Positions 1-14,339 of a stretch of 64,000 bases of DNA are shown piece after piece (positions within the stretch are counted from its first letter, which is position 1; every line of letters starts with the position of its first letter). The notes beneath the pieces were generated by a model. It searched no databases, was not told the origin of the DNA, and worked only from the letters and a program-made list of their open reading frames with translations. Where the stretch lies: the NCBI RefSeq assembly GCF_006345805.1, contig NC_043015.1:9052001-9116000 (forward strand). Reading direction: 5' to 3'. The position numbers were made by a program, and so were the translations under genes. The stretch comes from Octopus sinensis (lineage: Eukaryota).

Positions 1-506
1 CGAGTAATTTATTGAAGCCTTCTTAGTTGTTTGACACTGAGATTTCTAAGATTATAACCTGAAACTCTTTATTTAAATGATATAAGTTTCATTGCGCTCA
101 TCGTTTTTAACTCGTCCTAAAATGTCGTCAGCAATGTCTATATATAAATCAAGTGAAAGGAGTGCATTGCGAACAATTAAATACATATTTGTAATTGATT
201 TTCATTTATGTAGGGACAGATAATGAAAGAATTGTAGAGATAAATATAGAGATAAAAAAAGGGTAGAGATAAAAAAGGTAGCGATAAATCTTCAAGTATG
301 TGTGTGAGTAAGTATGTGTGTGTCCGTGTGTGTGTGCGCGCGCACATAGATTTCTTCATCTTTGTAATACTCATTTTTTGTATATTTACTGCAATCAGAC
401 ACCATCACACAAAAGTGATATAGAACATTTATTAACTCCCTCATCTGTAGGCTGCTGAGGTGCCAAATGCATTTCGGGAAAATATCACATAGGAATTATA
501 AAGGTT

Positions 507-538
<32 letters not shown>

Positions 539-1085
539 ATATATAATATATATATATTATATATATATATATACATGAATACATACATAAAAACATGCAT
601 ATATATATATATATATATATATATTTAGATACATATATACATGCATACATGCATACTTATATACATACATATATGCAAACACAGATATATACGTATAGGC
701 GTGTCTCTGAGGTGGGAGGCCTCCTTCTCAACCACATGTTTCGGGGTTCATATCACTGCTTGACTCCTTGGTCGATTATCTTCTAGTGTATTCTCAGACC
801 GAATAAAACCCTATGACTGGTTTCTTTCACAGAAGGTGAAAGGAGCCAGGTGTATATATGCATGCGGGCTTGTGTATGTACGTATGTGTGCGCCTTTCTG
901 TGTGTCTTTGTCTCCCACCACCGCATAAGGACCAGCGCTGGAGTATTCCCGGTCCCATAATTTATTTCGTTTACAACCAATAATTAGTGCGATCGATGTT
1001 CGACAACATTTGTGGAAGATTGTACCACACTATGGCTACAGAGTAATGATTCATACAAGCAAAATATAATTGATTTTGTTCCTTT

Positions 1086-1410
1086 CATGAATCTTATCAT
1101 CCATGCCATCATTCACATCATCATCATCATCGTCATCATCATCACTATTATCATCATCAACAGCACCACCACCATCATCATTGTCATCATCATCATAATC
1201 ATCACGACAAACACCACGATCATCATGATCATCATCACCACCAACACCACCACTACCACCAAAATCACCAGCACACCGTCAACACCGTTAACACCACCAC
1301 CACCATCACTAACACCACCGCCACTACTAACACGATCATGATCATGATCGTCATCATCATCATCATTATCATCAGCACCACCACCACCATTACCACCGCC
1401 ATCATCATCG
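1086..1410. repeat. Degenerate (ATC)n/(ACC)n trinucleotide low-complexity tract
   Basis: Visible repeat; it explains the Ile/Thr/Pro-rich ORF 1012..1341. Confidence 0.9.
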
Positions 1411-2089
1411 ACTCCTTGTTATTATTGCTTGTGTTAGTATTAAGGCTGACAATTTCTTAGTTCACTATCGTAGATTTTTAGCTTTGGTAAAGAAGCTCAA
1501 TAAAGCATGCCTTACGTTACAAGCCATTTTATCGCAATATATTTACTTATAAACAGAATATGTAGCGACATTTTCATTTTGCTTCTGGTTTCGCTAGGTT
1601 TGCGATGACGCATAAACAGCAGAACTGCTTCCATATGGAAAGAAGTAGAATATATTCTTGCCATTGAGGAACAAAATGAAACAAAGTAAACTGATTTACA
1701 GTAAAATGTGTATGCTGCGAAAGTAACAAACACCATTTTTACGAAACATGCACACAGATACACGCGCAAACACATGCGTACTCGGGCTTACACTCAAATC
1801 ATGTTAATTGTGAAAGCTTGTGTTATATTCTCTATAAAACAGTAACATTATGTGCATAAGAAAAGCATACCTATAATCCATCCACCAAAACTTCCACACG
1901 TGCAAATGTTTCTGTTCCAGACTCTCTTTATTGATGCATACCCGATCTGAAACATTACACCTGTCAATCAAGTCCTAACATTGAAAAATATATTCGAGCT
2001 ATGATTTTCTGAAATGGATAAAAGAATAAAACATACATGTTCGTCGTTTTCTAATAGTAGATGTCTTGCAAACAACTTGCACATGCAAG

Positions 2090-2665
2090 TGCTACCAGTA
2101 AAAAGCTCCTTATACCGGAAGCCAGCAAGTGAATGGGGTCATCAGGAGAGAATGCGCGCCGTTTCGAGGCCTACCTCTCGACGGCATCAATGATATGAGG
2201 CCCCGCTTGCTAGATCAGCTGGTTATGAGGTTAAACTCAATATCCTTCTAGCCATCTCTCATCGTCTCTTTTTAACCAAATCCAGTGGCTAGCCTTCTCC
2301 ACTGTAGATTGGATATCAGTCATCGTGGTTTTGACTTTACGATGAGTTAGGCCTAGCGATAACAACAGTCGTCTCACGCTGTGTCCAACGAACCCTCTAC
2401 AGCCGACTTCGATTGGAAAGTGTTCCGATTTCCAGCCTGCGTCTTCACATTCCTCGAGGAGGTTTACATAACGGTTCAATTTTCGAGCCCGAGCGGCGTC
2501 CATATCTTCAGGAGGAACCGTTTGCTCGACTATATTTAAAACTTTCTTTCTTTCACACCACATCAAAATATCTGTTTTTTTTCGTAATTGCGATGGGAAA
2601 GAAAACCTGACACCCAGGTAAATCTGCAGTTACCTCCCAATAGCCGTTACACTTTTCATTTCTCT
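2090..2665 (-). mobile_element. 5'-truncated RLE-type non-LTR retrotransposon (HERO-like): C-terminal restriction-like endonuclease remnant plus 3' UTR
   Basis: ORF 2237..2566 has E(L/Q)TVP..D..AARARKLNRY..L.EEC...GW....FPIEVGCRGF...EKASHWIWLKR. The frameshifted upstream part reads WEVTADLPG...DILMWC. These resemble HERO-clade PD-(D/E)xK endonuclease C-termini. Confidence 0.8.
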
Positions 2666-3711
2666 CACAAAAAGCGGTAAATGATACACTATTGTATGTT
2701 ATGAAGTCTACTTACAATTGCACACTTACTAAAGTGTTGGGATTGCGTTAATCGATTCAATGAGTGCAAAGCAAAATGATTAATATTGGTGGTTAGAGAC
2801 AGATTTACTTCACTTTAGAAGACTAACATCATGGGAGGAGTTTTGTTTAAGCAATTTTGAAGAAAGCGTAAAATGTATGCATTGATTAAAAGTGGCGAAT
2901 TGTAAGACAAACAATACAATAGGTTTTACAACAGCAGAATATACATCCTTCTTTCTTGATTCCAGTTCCAAAAACTTGACATATTGGACAACCTTCTGTA
3001 ATATAAAATATTTAATTCCAATCCCATACGAAAATGTTACAATTCTCCCATCTATAACTTTTATAAAACATTTCAATATTACACATACACAGTATTATAT
3101 CGAACGGCAAGGGAAGAACAGATTTAACCTAAATCAGAGAAAATATGAACTGTTAAAATAGTATAAAGTATTAATCAACAGCTGTATTGATCCCCATAAA
3201 ACACACAAATTAGATACTGCTTCTCTGGAAAAAACATCGACGACTTAGAAGGAAATAAGGAATTCAAAATTTGGCAGAGATGAAGGTTTTTGAAGAGTGG
3301 AACTTGTCGATGATATGGAACCCCGGCGATGAATGTGAACTTATATTATTGTCTTTGAAAGGATGAAAGACAAAGTTCTTATCGAGGGAATTTGAACACT
3401 GAAGGTAAAGACAGACAAAACGCCCCTAATTACCTGATCACTCTGTCCAGCGATTGAACAGTTATTCCTTTTCGTCGCCTGAATTTCGAAGAAAAGAAAG
3501 AATGTAAACTGCAGAAGGGGAAGCTTGAGAGGGTTGGGTGAATTTTTACATTTCAATATGATACAGACTCTTTACCAACTTGTAACATTCATGGACATTT
3601 AACGTATATATTAGTTTCAAATATTTGTAAACTGAAACAACGAGATGACACTTTTTACGAGTAATGATTTGACCCAACAGTCCCAGTGGGTGGTGATAGT
3701 TGGTACATGTA

Positions 3712-4200
3712 TATGGAAAGTTTGTGACAAGGGGGACTAGAGATAAGTGATATTTTAATTGATTGTGCGCTAAGATGAATCACTTACATAAATACATATA
3801 AATGATTTGTGCATTATTTTGAAGCATTGAGAATTCCACTTCGTCCAACATTCGGAGTAGCAGTTTCGGTGGAAGTTGATGGTTCCTGTGAAATGTTGGG
3901 TGACTCTATCACTGAATAAGACACTGATGTTTCTTTAAAATTTGACTGGAGAATATCTGCTTGGTTTTCATAAGATGATGCTGGAAGGTCTCGATCCGTT
4001 ACTACTGCAGGTACAAACTCAGTCTCAGAGAACACATCTTGGTAAAAGGGGATACATTTCCGTTCGCTGAAACCCAGAGATAATATATTGATCAGTAAGA
4101 CCACGTATCTGAGCATGAGAAACAAACTGGTTGTGGCTCGACTCTTCCTGAGGTTCAACTCTACCGTGGCTTAACTCCCAAGCTTCTGCTACTTATTAAA
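3712..4200 (-). mobile_element. Decayed pogo/Tigger-like (DDE_1) transposase C-terminal remnant with a possible TIR
   Basis: ORF 3814..4158 contains NILSLGF...IPFYQDVFSETEFVPAVVTDR, resembling the NI.SGF..GI.PF...F....F.P..VTDR motif after the DDE domain of pogo-like transposases. Candidate terminal sequence near 3712-3738. Confidence 0.55.
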
Positions 4201-5129
4201 AGAAATCTAAATAATGATATATGATTCTAAAAGCATACATTTGCTGAGCCTGATAACTAATATTTGAAGACAATTTGGGTTGAAGAAAAAGAGCACTTTT
4301 CTCTTAGTTGGGAGAGGAATGACATGAGGCTGTAGATCCCTTTCTAAATAAAGTTAAGAAAATGGTGGCATTCAATTGTGGTTACGCCTGACACCACTAG
4401 ACCTAATTTGATCGGGCCAAGTTATCGACAAATATTTTCTTCTCTAAACAATTTGGAAAAAGTTTTCTTATTTAACTATTAAAATAAGTTTATATTGTAG
4501 GTTATTTTCTGTGTTCTGATATATCCACTTCAAACATAAATATGTCTTCATTGTTCCAGTTTAAGAATACTATTTGCCAAATAAATGCATGGATTTTTAT
4601 TTTCATGTGTGGCTAAAAACTTCAAATTTAATCTTTTAAATAGTTCTGATTTACTACGGAATTAACAGGGACAGGAAACATGATTATAACTACAATAATC
4701 AAAATCATAAATAAAGTTTTGATAAACAACGGAATTTTTTTTGTCGTAATCGTCTTTGTCATCGTCGTCATCGTCATCGTCGTCGTCGTCATCATCATAA
4801 TTATTGCGCCCAATATAATTCTGATTATCTACAAACCTGTCCATCTAATATTGTATTTCTTCTCTATCATTCTGTGCAAGGCTTTTGAAGTTTCTATATA
4901 TTTGAAAACATGTTAAGGCTTGACACGTATTTACAGGTTATTTTTCTACTTGTTTTGCGTGAATAATAGTCATAGTCCATCCAGACACCACTCACATATT
5001 ATGTCGCAGATTTCAAATTATGAAATCTCCTACGTAATTACCTGAAATAATCGCCAGTTTGTTAGAAATTATAGAAGTTGCCAAGTCCTAGTGTTCTCCA
5101 AGCACTTCTTCCTAAATTGTTACCGGTTA

Positions 5130-5415
5130 ATTGCCTAATATGACCGTTTATCGGTCTTCCACTATTACAGTATCTGCCACTACATGTGTGGTACACGATT
5201 TCCCCCACTTTAAAATTCTATATATGATGTTTTTAACTTTACTATTTGAAACTGATGTTTTGTTCAGTCTGATGGTTCGTCGTATTATTTGTAACCTCCT
5301 TATTTTTTCATTAATCCAGAGGATAAGCACTACTATATACAGGTGAGTGGGTTCCAGCACTCATTAACGGAAATCATTTTTGGAGCTATAGTTTTGTTTA
5401 TTTCTGGATTATTCT

Positions 5416-5468
<53 letters not shown>

Positions 5469-6260
5469 ATTCGATGTTGCATGTCAAAATGGGAGATATT
5501 AAGAAAGCAGTATACAACAAAAATATGAATAATGAATAATATGAATATATATATTATTGATATTTTTGTTGTATCATGTCTACTTAATATCTCCCGTTAT
5601 GGTACTAGATGTTTTGAATTTTTTTTAATGTTTATAATTCATAGTATTTGAGAATACCTTCCAAGTGATATTTTTTGCCAGGCATCATCGGATTAAATTC
5701 AAAATATTTTTCTGTACACTTATTTTCAGTTTGCTGCTAATCAATTCTTCTTAGTTTACGGTGAATTCTCTATCATTTTTGTCATTTCAACCAATTAATT
5801 ATTCTTTTGTTTTCTACTTTGTTTCTATCTTTTTTTGCAGATTTTCTCGGCTTTTGTGTGGCTAATTTTAATATGATGCTTTGAATAATTTGTACACATA
5901 CATCGTGTTAAATTAGATCAATCGTCTCCTCATTTCAATGAGTATTTTCTGTATGTGGATGTGGTTATCTTCTTAAAAGCCATTATTTTCTTCTCAATTT
6001 CTCATTCAGTGCCCACCTTACACATGTCATTGTTCGTGCCTATTTAATATCTTTTTAATGTTTTATGCAAATGGATATTTTGGTATATTAGAATTCCTTG
6101 GCATATAGAAGCCTTTATTTTATTTTTATTCTATTTTTGTGGTTGCTGTCAGTATGGGATTGGTATTCCTCTGTCTGCAGACACTACTTCTGAACAATAT
6201 GCAAGATTGTTGTATATGCCGCTAACTTAGAAATTTATGACTAAGTAATTCAGTATTGAG
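5130..6260 (-). mobile_element. Highly decayed Penelope-like element 3' end (GIY-YIG region and pLTR remnant)
   Basis: Broken minus-strand translation gives NNDMCKVGTE*EIEKK (cf. YIGSTEREFKKR) and an EELIS-like terminal motif. Inverted repeat at 5491-5595 and a decayed hammerhead-like string at 5135-5170. Confidence 0.4.
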
Positions 6261-6725
6261 ACATTACAAGTTAGGTTTATATTGCTGATCGCTAGTTACA
6301 TATAAGTAAATAATACCTTTAAAATACTTGTATCTTCTTTCTTTTATTTGTTTTTAGTCGTCTATTCAGCAGAATAGTTTCGCATTGTTATGTTTATACT
6401 GTTTTTACATTATATATTTCCTCACTTAAACGTGGATATTCTGCTAGAGCAAACTATATTGCATTGGTTAGCACGAGAGAAATTCTCATATTGGCTTTTC
6501 GTGCAAAATGCATTCTTGTTTTTATCTCTAGTGAGGATATAAACACTCATAACCTCCAGGAACTAGACCATCAGATCACGTGATTTCGACTTTTCCCCTT
6601 GTTGTAAAACATGGACGCTAAAACGATAACCGCGGCAGCGATTCTTCTCCCCAGCAGAGATATATAGAATAACATTGCCAGAACAGGCGTTGGTGTCGCG
6701 ATTAGCCAGTGAGCTTGTTAAGAAA

Positions 6726-7117
6726 TCTTTATATATAAAAGTGAAGTTGTGTGTCTGTCTCCTATGATTTAGATTCCTAACTATTCCCACATTTTGCGGT
6801 GCAGTGTAACCAAAAGCGTGTATCTTATAGTCATGATTCATATCGAGCCCATCTGGGTATAAGCGCGCGTCTACGATGAGTCTACGATTAAAAAAAAAAT
6901 ACCATCATTCTTTCCCATTTTTAATGCATTTCTTTGCTATTATATAAGGGAAGTAACTCTCTAAAAATGTATTATTAAATCTCAGAACGTAAACGGCTAC
7001 AGTAACACCCCCTTTGTGGTTAGCCATATTGAAATGGCTATTATACTTTACATCCCTAAAAATGCTTATATAGTTATTTCCCTTACAAAGTCGAGCGACG
7101 CCGGGCGGTACTGCTAG
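6726..7117 (+). mobile_element. Non-autonomous Helitron-like element (392 bp)
   Basis: Starts TC (6726) after A and ends CTAG (7114-7117) before T. A GC-rich imperfect hairpin (CGAGCGACGCCGGG) lies about 10 nt before CTAG. Confidence 0.75.
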
Positions 7118-7629
7118 TTGTATATAAATTATAAATTTCATCATTATTTACAGTTATTTAGAAAGCATATTTCGTATGCAAACTATTTTATAAATCATTT
7201 TGTAAACTCTAATATTATAAGTAAATAATTACCAATAGCGGTAAGTAGTTTCAGTTGAATTGAAATATGGTTATTTCCATTATGGTTATTTCCATTATGT
7301 TAATAGTAGAAAAAATTATTATTGCTAGCATTTCATTTGCACAGCGACAAATGTCTAGTGAGTAGTTAGGTAATTTTTTGAAACACAATTGCCCATTAAT
7401 ATCTCGAATCCAAAAACATGAAAAAAGTTTAATTTCCGTAGGATTTTATGTTAGAATCTAGACTTCCGAGAAGAATATCGTTTAGTATTTCTTGAACATT
7501 TGTACAATTTCCATGTTTTCGTAATTAGCGTCTGAACTTGTTCAGATCGAAACAATATTAGAAAGATAAGTGATGGCAAGAATGACACCGAAAAACGCTG
7601 TCATCTAAAGTGCTATATTTTTGTCAAAA

Positions 7630-8145
<516 letters not shown>

Positions 8146-8149
8146 AAAA

Positions 8150-8220
<71 letters not shown>

Positions 8221-8825
8221 TTGTTGTTTCTGTTGCTGTTGTTATTCATTAGTCTTATTTTTATCACGTGCTTTCGCTGCACTACCGACCACAGCTCTAT
8301 GTGTCTTCGGTATGTGCTGTGGTTTGTTGTGAGGCTTTTGTTGTTACTGTATTGAAAATGTTATACGTAGGATGTGTGCGGTGCTTAGTAGCTTACTATT
8401 GCTATTTTCTGTATGTCATATATGTCTGTTAGTCCTGATGTGTTTGTTATATGTGTGTCTGAATATTAATTTTTTCTTTTCCTGAATGCATTCGTCTGAA
8501 TATCATACCTAATGAACCTGATTGGAATTAATTTTGTTTTTAGACTCCACGTTCGAGTTCTCTCTCTTTTCAGGTATTTGTATTTTAAACTCACTCCATT
8601 TCTTTTAGAGAAACGTCGTCATCTGTTGGTAATGATACATCGATTAGAAAGCATATTTTCTTCATGGTCTCTGACAACGATATCCGGCCAATTGGCCTTA
8701 ATTTCTTTATCTGTATATATTGGCATGTCGCAGTATATGGTTGCTTTTCTGCATCTTCCTATACAATTCTTTTTTTTTCTGCAGGTTTTATAGATTCCAG
8801 GGTATATAGACACCAACAGTGCCGA
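8150..8825 (-). mobile_element. R4/Dong-like RLE LINE 3' fragment B with (AAT)n tail
   Basis: CDMPIYTDKEIKANWPDIVVRDHEE (PD-(D/E)xK endonuclease), then a decayed C-terminus, 3' UTR and (AAT)n at 8150-8219. Confidence 0.8.
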
Positions 8826-8829
8826 GTCC

Positions 8830-9850
8830 AACATATCCCTTGAACGTGGTTGTTAGTGCTCCATTTCCTCCTACAACTACGGAGATATAAGTTACTTTCC
8901 TTATTGCCTGCATTCTTGCAATTTCGTCTTATAATAGTCTACATTTCTCCCTCTCTTTCCAGTTATTTGTCATCTACACATGCATCTGCAGGTGTAGCAA
9001 TATCTATAATCTTGATTTCAGTCTATCTGTTATCACCCACATCAACAATGTCTTATCTCCGAGCATCTAGTTGGGGGCTAAATCAGATTGTAAAATCCTG
9101 CAGGATTTTATATTCCTTGTTCTCAGTGACGCCCTCTGGTTCATGTTTGCACCATTTCCATGCTATGCCCAGACCGTACTTTTCATACAGCCGCCAGAAT
9201 ACATTTAGCCAAGTTTTCATGCCTCATTTCGTGTGGACTAGGCTACCACATTCATTCACAATATGTGAGAGTTTGCCTACTTTTTGCTGCCACACATCCT
9301 GCAATGGTGCGACTCACTGTACTTATTTATCTGGGAAATGTTGTAATTAGTTCTCAGAGACCTTGGGCGCTGCATATCAGTGTCGCAATGCATCTTTCAG
9401 GTCACTATTCCTTAGACATCTGAAACGTGATGGTTTTTGTCTTACCCCTTCATTTCTCGGAGGTATTGCCCATGGATTGTTTTCATTGCCAAATGTTTAT
9501 TCTTAGTTTTTCATCTTGTTTCTTAAATGCTTTTCGTTGCATTACATTTGCAGTAGGTATCGCGTTATTATTTCTTACAGCGACAAACAATGATCCACTC
9601 AGCTGTTCGATGTACCATACCAGATTATTTTTCTCGTTGGCAACACAAATTTTGTAGCTTATGAGACCGCTTACTCTATTGCTTCCAGACATAGAAACGC
9701 TATCAAATCGATTTTCGGGCACTAATCCTTGTTATTTATCCATTTAACATGATTAATTCAAGTGAGGCTGGGATATCGTAGCCCATCTTTTATACCAATT
9801 CAAATCTTGTACATGAAACTATATCTAATCGGTTATATCAGAAGCCACGA
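8830..9850 (-). mobile_element. R4/Dong-like RLE LINE fragment C (post-RT domain, CCHC region, endonuclease), decayed
   Basis: Broken translation includes FDSVSMSGSNRVSGLISYKICVANEKNNLVWY (cf. DRLY..R..GGRGL) and further CCHC/RLE-region remnants ending near TTTFKGYVG. Confidence 0.7.
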
Positions 9851-10181
9851 GAGCCAGTGCCTAGTATTGCATCAAGGCATCAGCATCAAGGCATCAACGT
9901 CACAATCATTATGATTGTCATAATCGTCATCACTATCACCGTCATTAGAATGATGCTGGTTACAGAGTCTTCCTGCAAATACTTATGTAGACGTTCTACT
10001 TCCCGTTCCTTGAGCGCTGTTAGCTTCTATATCCAGTATTCTTGAACAGCGCTCTATAAATTTGGCATATCACCAAACGCTCATTTATATTATCCATGTT
10101 CCTTTTATTCGACCCTATATAATGCACTGAGTGTCATTTGTCTGAACTCATTTCACCGGCCATAATTACACACACACACAC

Positions 10182-10254
<73 letters not shown>

Positions 10255-10255
<1 letters not shown>

Positions 10256-10420
10256 ATATATATGTACGACCTGCATTCAGTTTCCGTAGCCCAAATCCAG
10301 TCACGTGGTTTTGGTTGGCCTGAGGCTAGAGTAGAAAACACTTGGACAAGGTTCAACACTGTGTGACTGTAACCGGAAGTATGTGGTTGAGAAGGAAGCC
10401 CCCTACTATAAAGACACACC
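10255..10420 (-). mobile_element. tRNA-derived SINE fragment (family as 45357)
   Basis: Reverse complement matches the AACCACAT..TTCCGG.TTCAGT / TAGCCTCAGGCCAACCAAAA / GGATTTGG..ACGGAAACTGAA motifs of other copies. Confidence 0.7.
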
Positions 10421-11822
10421 GGCGCATATGACTGTATGTACATATATAAATAAATATAGATAGAGAGAGAGACAGAGAGAGAGAAAGGGAGAGAGATGTA
10501 TGTATATATATATATGTGTGTGTGTGTATGTATATATATATATATATATGTATATGCATATACAAATGTATATGTATGTATATATATATATATATATGAT
10601 TGTGCCTGTATGCATATATATGTATGTGTGTGTGTATGTATGTGTGTAGCATGTATTTATATATAATTACACGCATGTTTTTACACGCAAAATATTATCA
10701 AAATGTGAATAATTTTGTGTAGGATATATAACAATCATATTAAGTTTGCTAATCATTTAGCAATTAAATTTTCACACGAGCTACATTTACATAACTTTTT
10801 ATATATTTCCCTAAATTTTGTCGATTCACTTTCTTTATCGGCCAATAAAATGACGTGCATTTAGGAGGAAACTGAGGTTAGAAAACAAAACACCGTAAAT
10901 TAAATCAATGGGATTTGATAGGAATAGAGGGATATGTACGGACAGAATGAAAAATTTAAGAATGGCGTCTTAATTTGATAAGAAATAACGTTATGAATGC
11001 AAATTGCTACGCTGAGAATACAATAAAACAATTCAGTTCTTCCGCTGCATGTCAAGTGCGATATTTCATATAAACTCCTAAAGTATTGGCGAACATCTAC
11101 TGGAAATATACATATAATAGCACATAACTCAGTTCCCCTTGTCACATAGCAAAATTTCTACTCAATCATGTTCATACATAAAACAATATATTTTTAAATA
11201 ATAGCAAATGCAAATCGCATCGAGACCTAACGTGACAAAACCAAATAACATAAAGGAACAGAGTTTACATTTGATAAATTTATCATTCCCTGCAAGAAGG
11301 CATTATTGTTTACACATAGGTTATGCAAATTCATATTTTGAAGCCATGCATGCAATTGCTAAAAAAATTACAAATAAAATAATTTTTATTAATGTAATTA
11401 CGGGTTGCTCAAGTAACCTAAAATTTGAATGGGGATTAAAATATATCACGTGGCAGAGAAAAGTTCGCAATATTGCCTCAAAATTCATCCCAAAAGTACT
11501 AAGAATAGGGCATATTCGAAGGGTATTAAAGATATACCAACGTATAAATTTTAAACAAAGGCCATGATAATACATCGCCTTCTCGACACAACCTCAAGAA
11601 AAATTACGATATATTAATAAAAAGTGAAAGATATAAATAAAAAGAAAATTATAAATGCACCGAATAGAGGGCAGGTATAATTCGGAGAGCTCAAACGAAA
11701 TAGCATAGGAAGAAACAATCTGCAAGATCATTTTTTAATGTATATACGCCTCCTTATAACCTCCGAAAATATACATACAAAACACTACACCCACACACCC
11801 ACATCCCCCCACAGATATATAG

Positions 11823-11894
<72 letters not shown>

Positions 11895-12325
11895 TTGTGT
11901 GTGTGTATCTATCTATCTCTATGTATGTATGTATGTATGTATGTGAGTATGATATATGTAGAGCGTAAATGATATCTAACTAGCTACCTAGCTCGATAGA
12001 TAGATAGATAGATAGAGTGAAATATATGTTTACATATATACATATATGCACATATAAGGTAGGATAAGACATGCACGTGGTGGATTTAAAAATCCAGATA
12101 TGTTCCAGCTGCAATGTTAATGCTCAGCTACCAGCAGCATCTACTGGTAGCGTCTGTACTCTACTGTAAGTGTCAGCAGAATTTTGAAATATATGTAATA
12201 ATTTGAATAAAGGAGTACCAAGTTATTCCTATGCTGATTTTCTTTATAACTATACGCTGTTTATGTGAGTATAAATGTGTATATATATATATACATATAT
12301 ATGTACACACAAACACATACACACA

Positions 12326-12394
<69 letters not shown>

Positions 12395-13544
12395 TTATAT
12401 AGGGAAAGAGAGAAAGACAGATGGGGCGGGATCCAGCGGGATACAAGATAAATCTAAGCAAAATGCATTTAAACATTTTCCGAATAATTTATAGTTGCAC
12501 ATACAAAGTAATCTGAATTATAGAGATATTTTCAACAATACATAATGGCCGTATTAAAAATAATTCAGCGAAAACAGTGAAATAAAAATCTTATAAATGA
12601 ATTATTCTTTGGGGACACATGTGCTCGTATGATTTGTTTTGAAATATTACGCACTGGAAAAATTAAGCCATAACACAATAGCTGGAAAGCAATTACATAC
12701 AGAAAGATAGTAATTAACTTAAGCTAAAGAACGCTGAAACCTTAATGACATTTGATAACGACAGCAGAAATGAAGATATATAAGGAAATACAGAACCAAC
12801 AACGTGGTGAATGTATGACATCTTAAAATGAAATATTTGGAATGAAAGTACGCCTAAGAGAAAGATTCCTGAATAATCAAAATTAACTCAGCGATGCGAA
12901 AACCACAATCAAACTATACAGAGGGAAGATTACGAAAGGAAAGAAGAATCTGAGCGTGCGATGGATTAATTAATGAAAGGCCATTCTGATAGACTCCATT
13001 CATGTATTCAGAATATATTAGCCATTAGTAAGTCAATATCCATTAACTGCAAGAGCATTAAACGTCTTAAGTGAGAATGGACGACAGTTGTATTTCCAAA
13101 GTTGATAATTAGCAAAAAGGATATCAAGTGAACCAGAGCTAAAGGGGTTGGGATTTTGGTTCCGACTCTTCTTTCCATTCTATTTGACATGGAATATTTA
13201 TTGAAGCGATGGAACTCAAAACATTAAAGATTGTATATGTTGTGAGGATAGCGCGTTGTCAAATTTTCCGTCAAACAAAACAGCATGCGAGTTGAATAAC
13301 AAATTTCTCATACAGGATAATTCGTCCCATGGCTAGATTAGAAAAAACTACAGCATACTTCAAGTCTTGTGAAAGAAATATACACGTGTGTAGAAAAGTA
13401 CACACAGACTCACACACATATATACCTGTATACACACAAATACACAACATGTTTATATTTGCATATACACACAAACACACTAATATACATAACTCTATAT
13501 ATATATACATATGTATATATATATATATACAAATATATACATAT

Positions 13545-13635
<91 letters not shown>

Positions 13636-14015
13636 CTAGCAGTATTGCCCGGCGTTGCTCAGGTTTGTAAGGGAAATAACTATAAAGCATTTTAGAGAGT
13701 TATAACAAAAAAATAGCAAAAAAATTGAAAAAAAATGATGGTAAATTTTTTTTGAGAGTTAAAAAAGGATGAAGTTGCGTCCCCTAGACAGTTTGTGGTT
13801 CGTGTTTCTGATTCTCGACCCCATGTCGAATTTATCGATTTTTTTCAGAACTGGGGAAACTTTTCAAAATTTTGGCTCCGTTAGTTTTGAATTATGACAT
13901 TGGGCTATGTGTGTGTCAAGTTTCATCAGAATCGGTTGAAAGCCGTGGTCAGGGTGAGGGTACAAGCAAACAGACACACAGAAACACGCACAGACAAACT
14001 GCCGTTTATATATAT

Positions 14016-14030
<15 letters not shown>
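13636..14030 (-). mobile_element. Non-autonomous Helitron-like element
   Basis: CTAG at 13636-13639 with adjacent hairpin CCCGGCGTTGCTCAGG. The terminal ~60 bp is shared with the 6726-7117 element. The opposite end merges into (TA)n. Confidence 0.7.
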
Positions 14031-14057
<27 letters not shown>

Positions 14058-14339
14058 ATATATATATAATGTATATATTTGTGTGCTAATTTGCCTTAGT
14101 TAAAGGTAAAATTAATCTTCCATCTAAATTGCAAAATGTGGATAATATTTTAGCTGTTTCAAATTAGTGAATATTTAAGGCGACGAGCTGGCGAAAACGT
14201 TATCACGCTGTTATTTTTCGATGTTATTATTATTATTATTTGAATTCAGGACTTAACGGCAGACGAACAACTTCTAAGCATTTCGCCCAGGGCCCAAACG
14301 ATTCTGCCAGCTCGCAGCCTTTATAATGATGATAATAAT

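Noticed and set aside
436-480. Type II-like hammerhead arrangement on the minus strand (TTCCC-GAAA-TGCAT-T...CAGATGA-GGGAG)
   Set aside because: The invariant U4 is A and stem I is imperfect. A single short match can arise by chance.
2125-2200. SECIS-like element in the HERO 3' UTR
   Set aside because: The spacing between the UGA quartet, AAA and the 3' GA does not fit, and there is no in-frame UGA in the ORF remnant.
3814-4116. 100-aa ORF MLRYVVLLINILSLGFS... that looks like a secreted protein with a signal peptide
   Set aside because: The hydrophobic start overlaps the NI.SGF...PF..DVF....F.P..VTDR motif of pogo-like transposases, so a transposon remnant explains it better.
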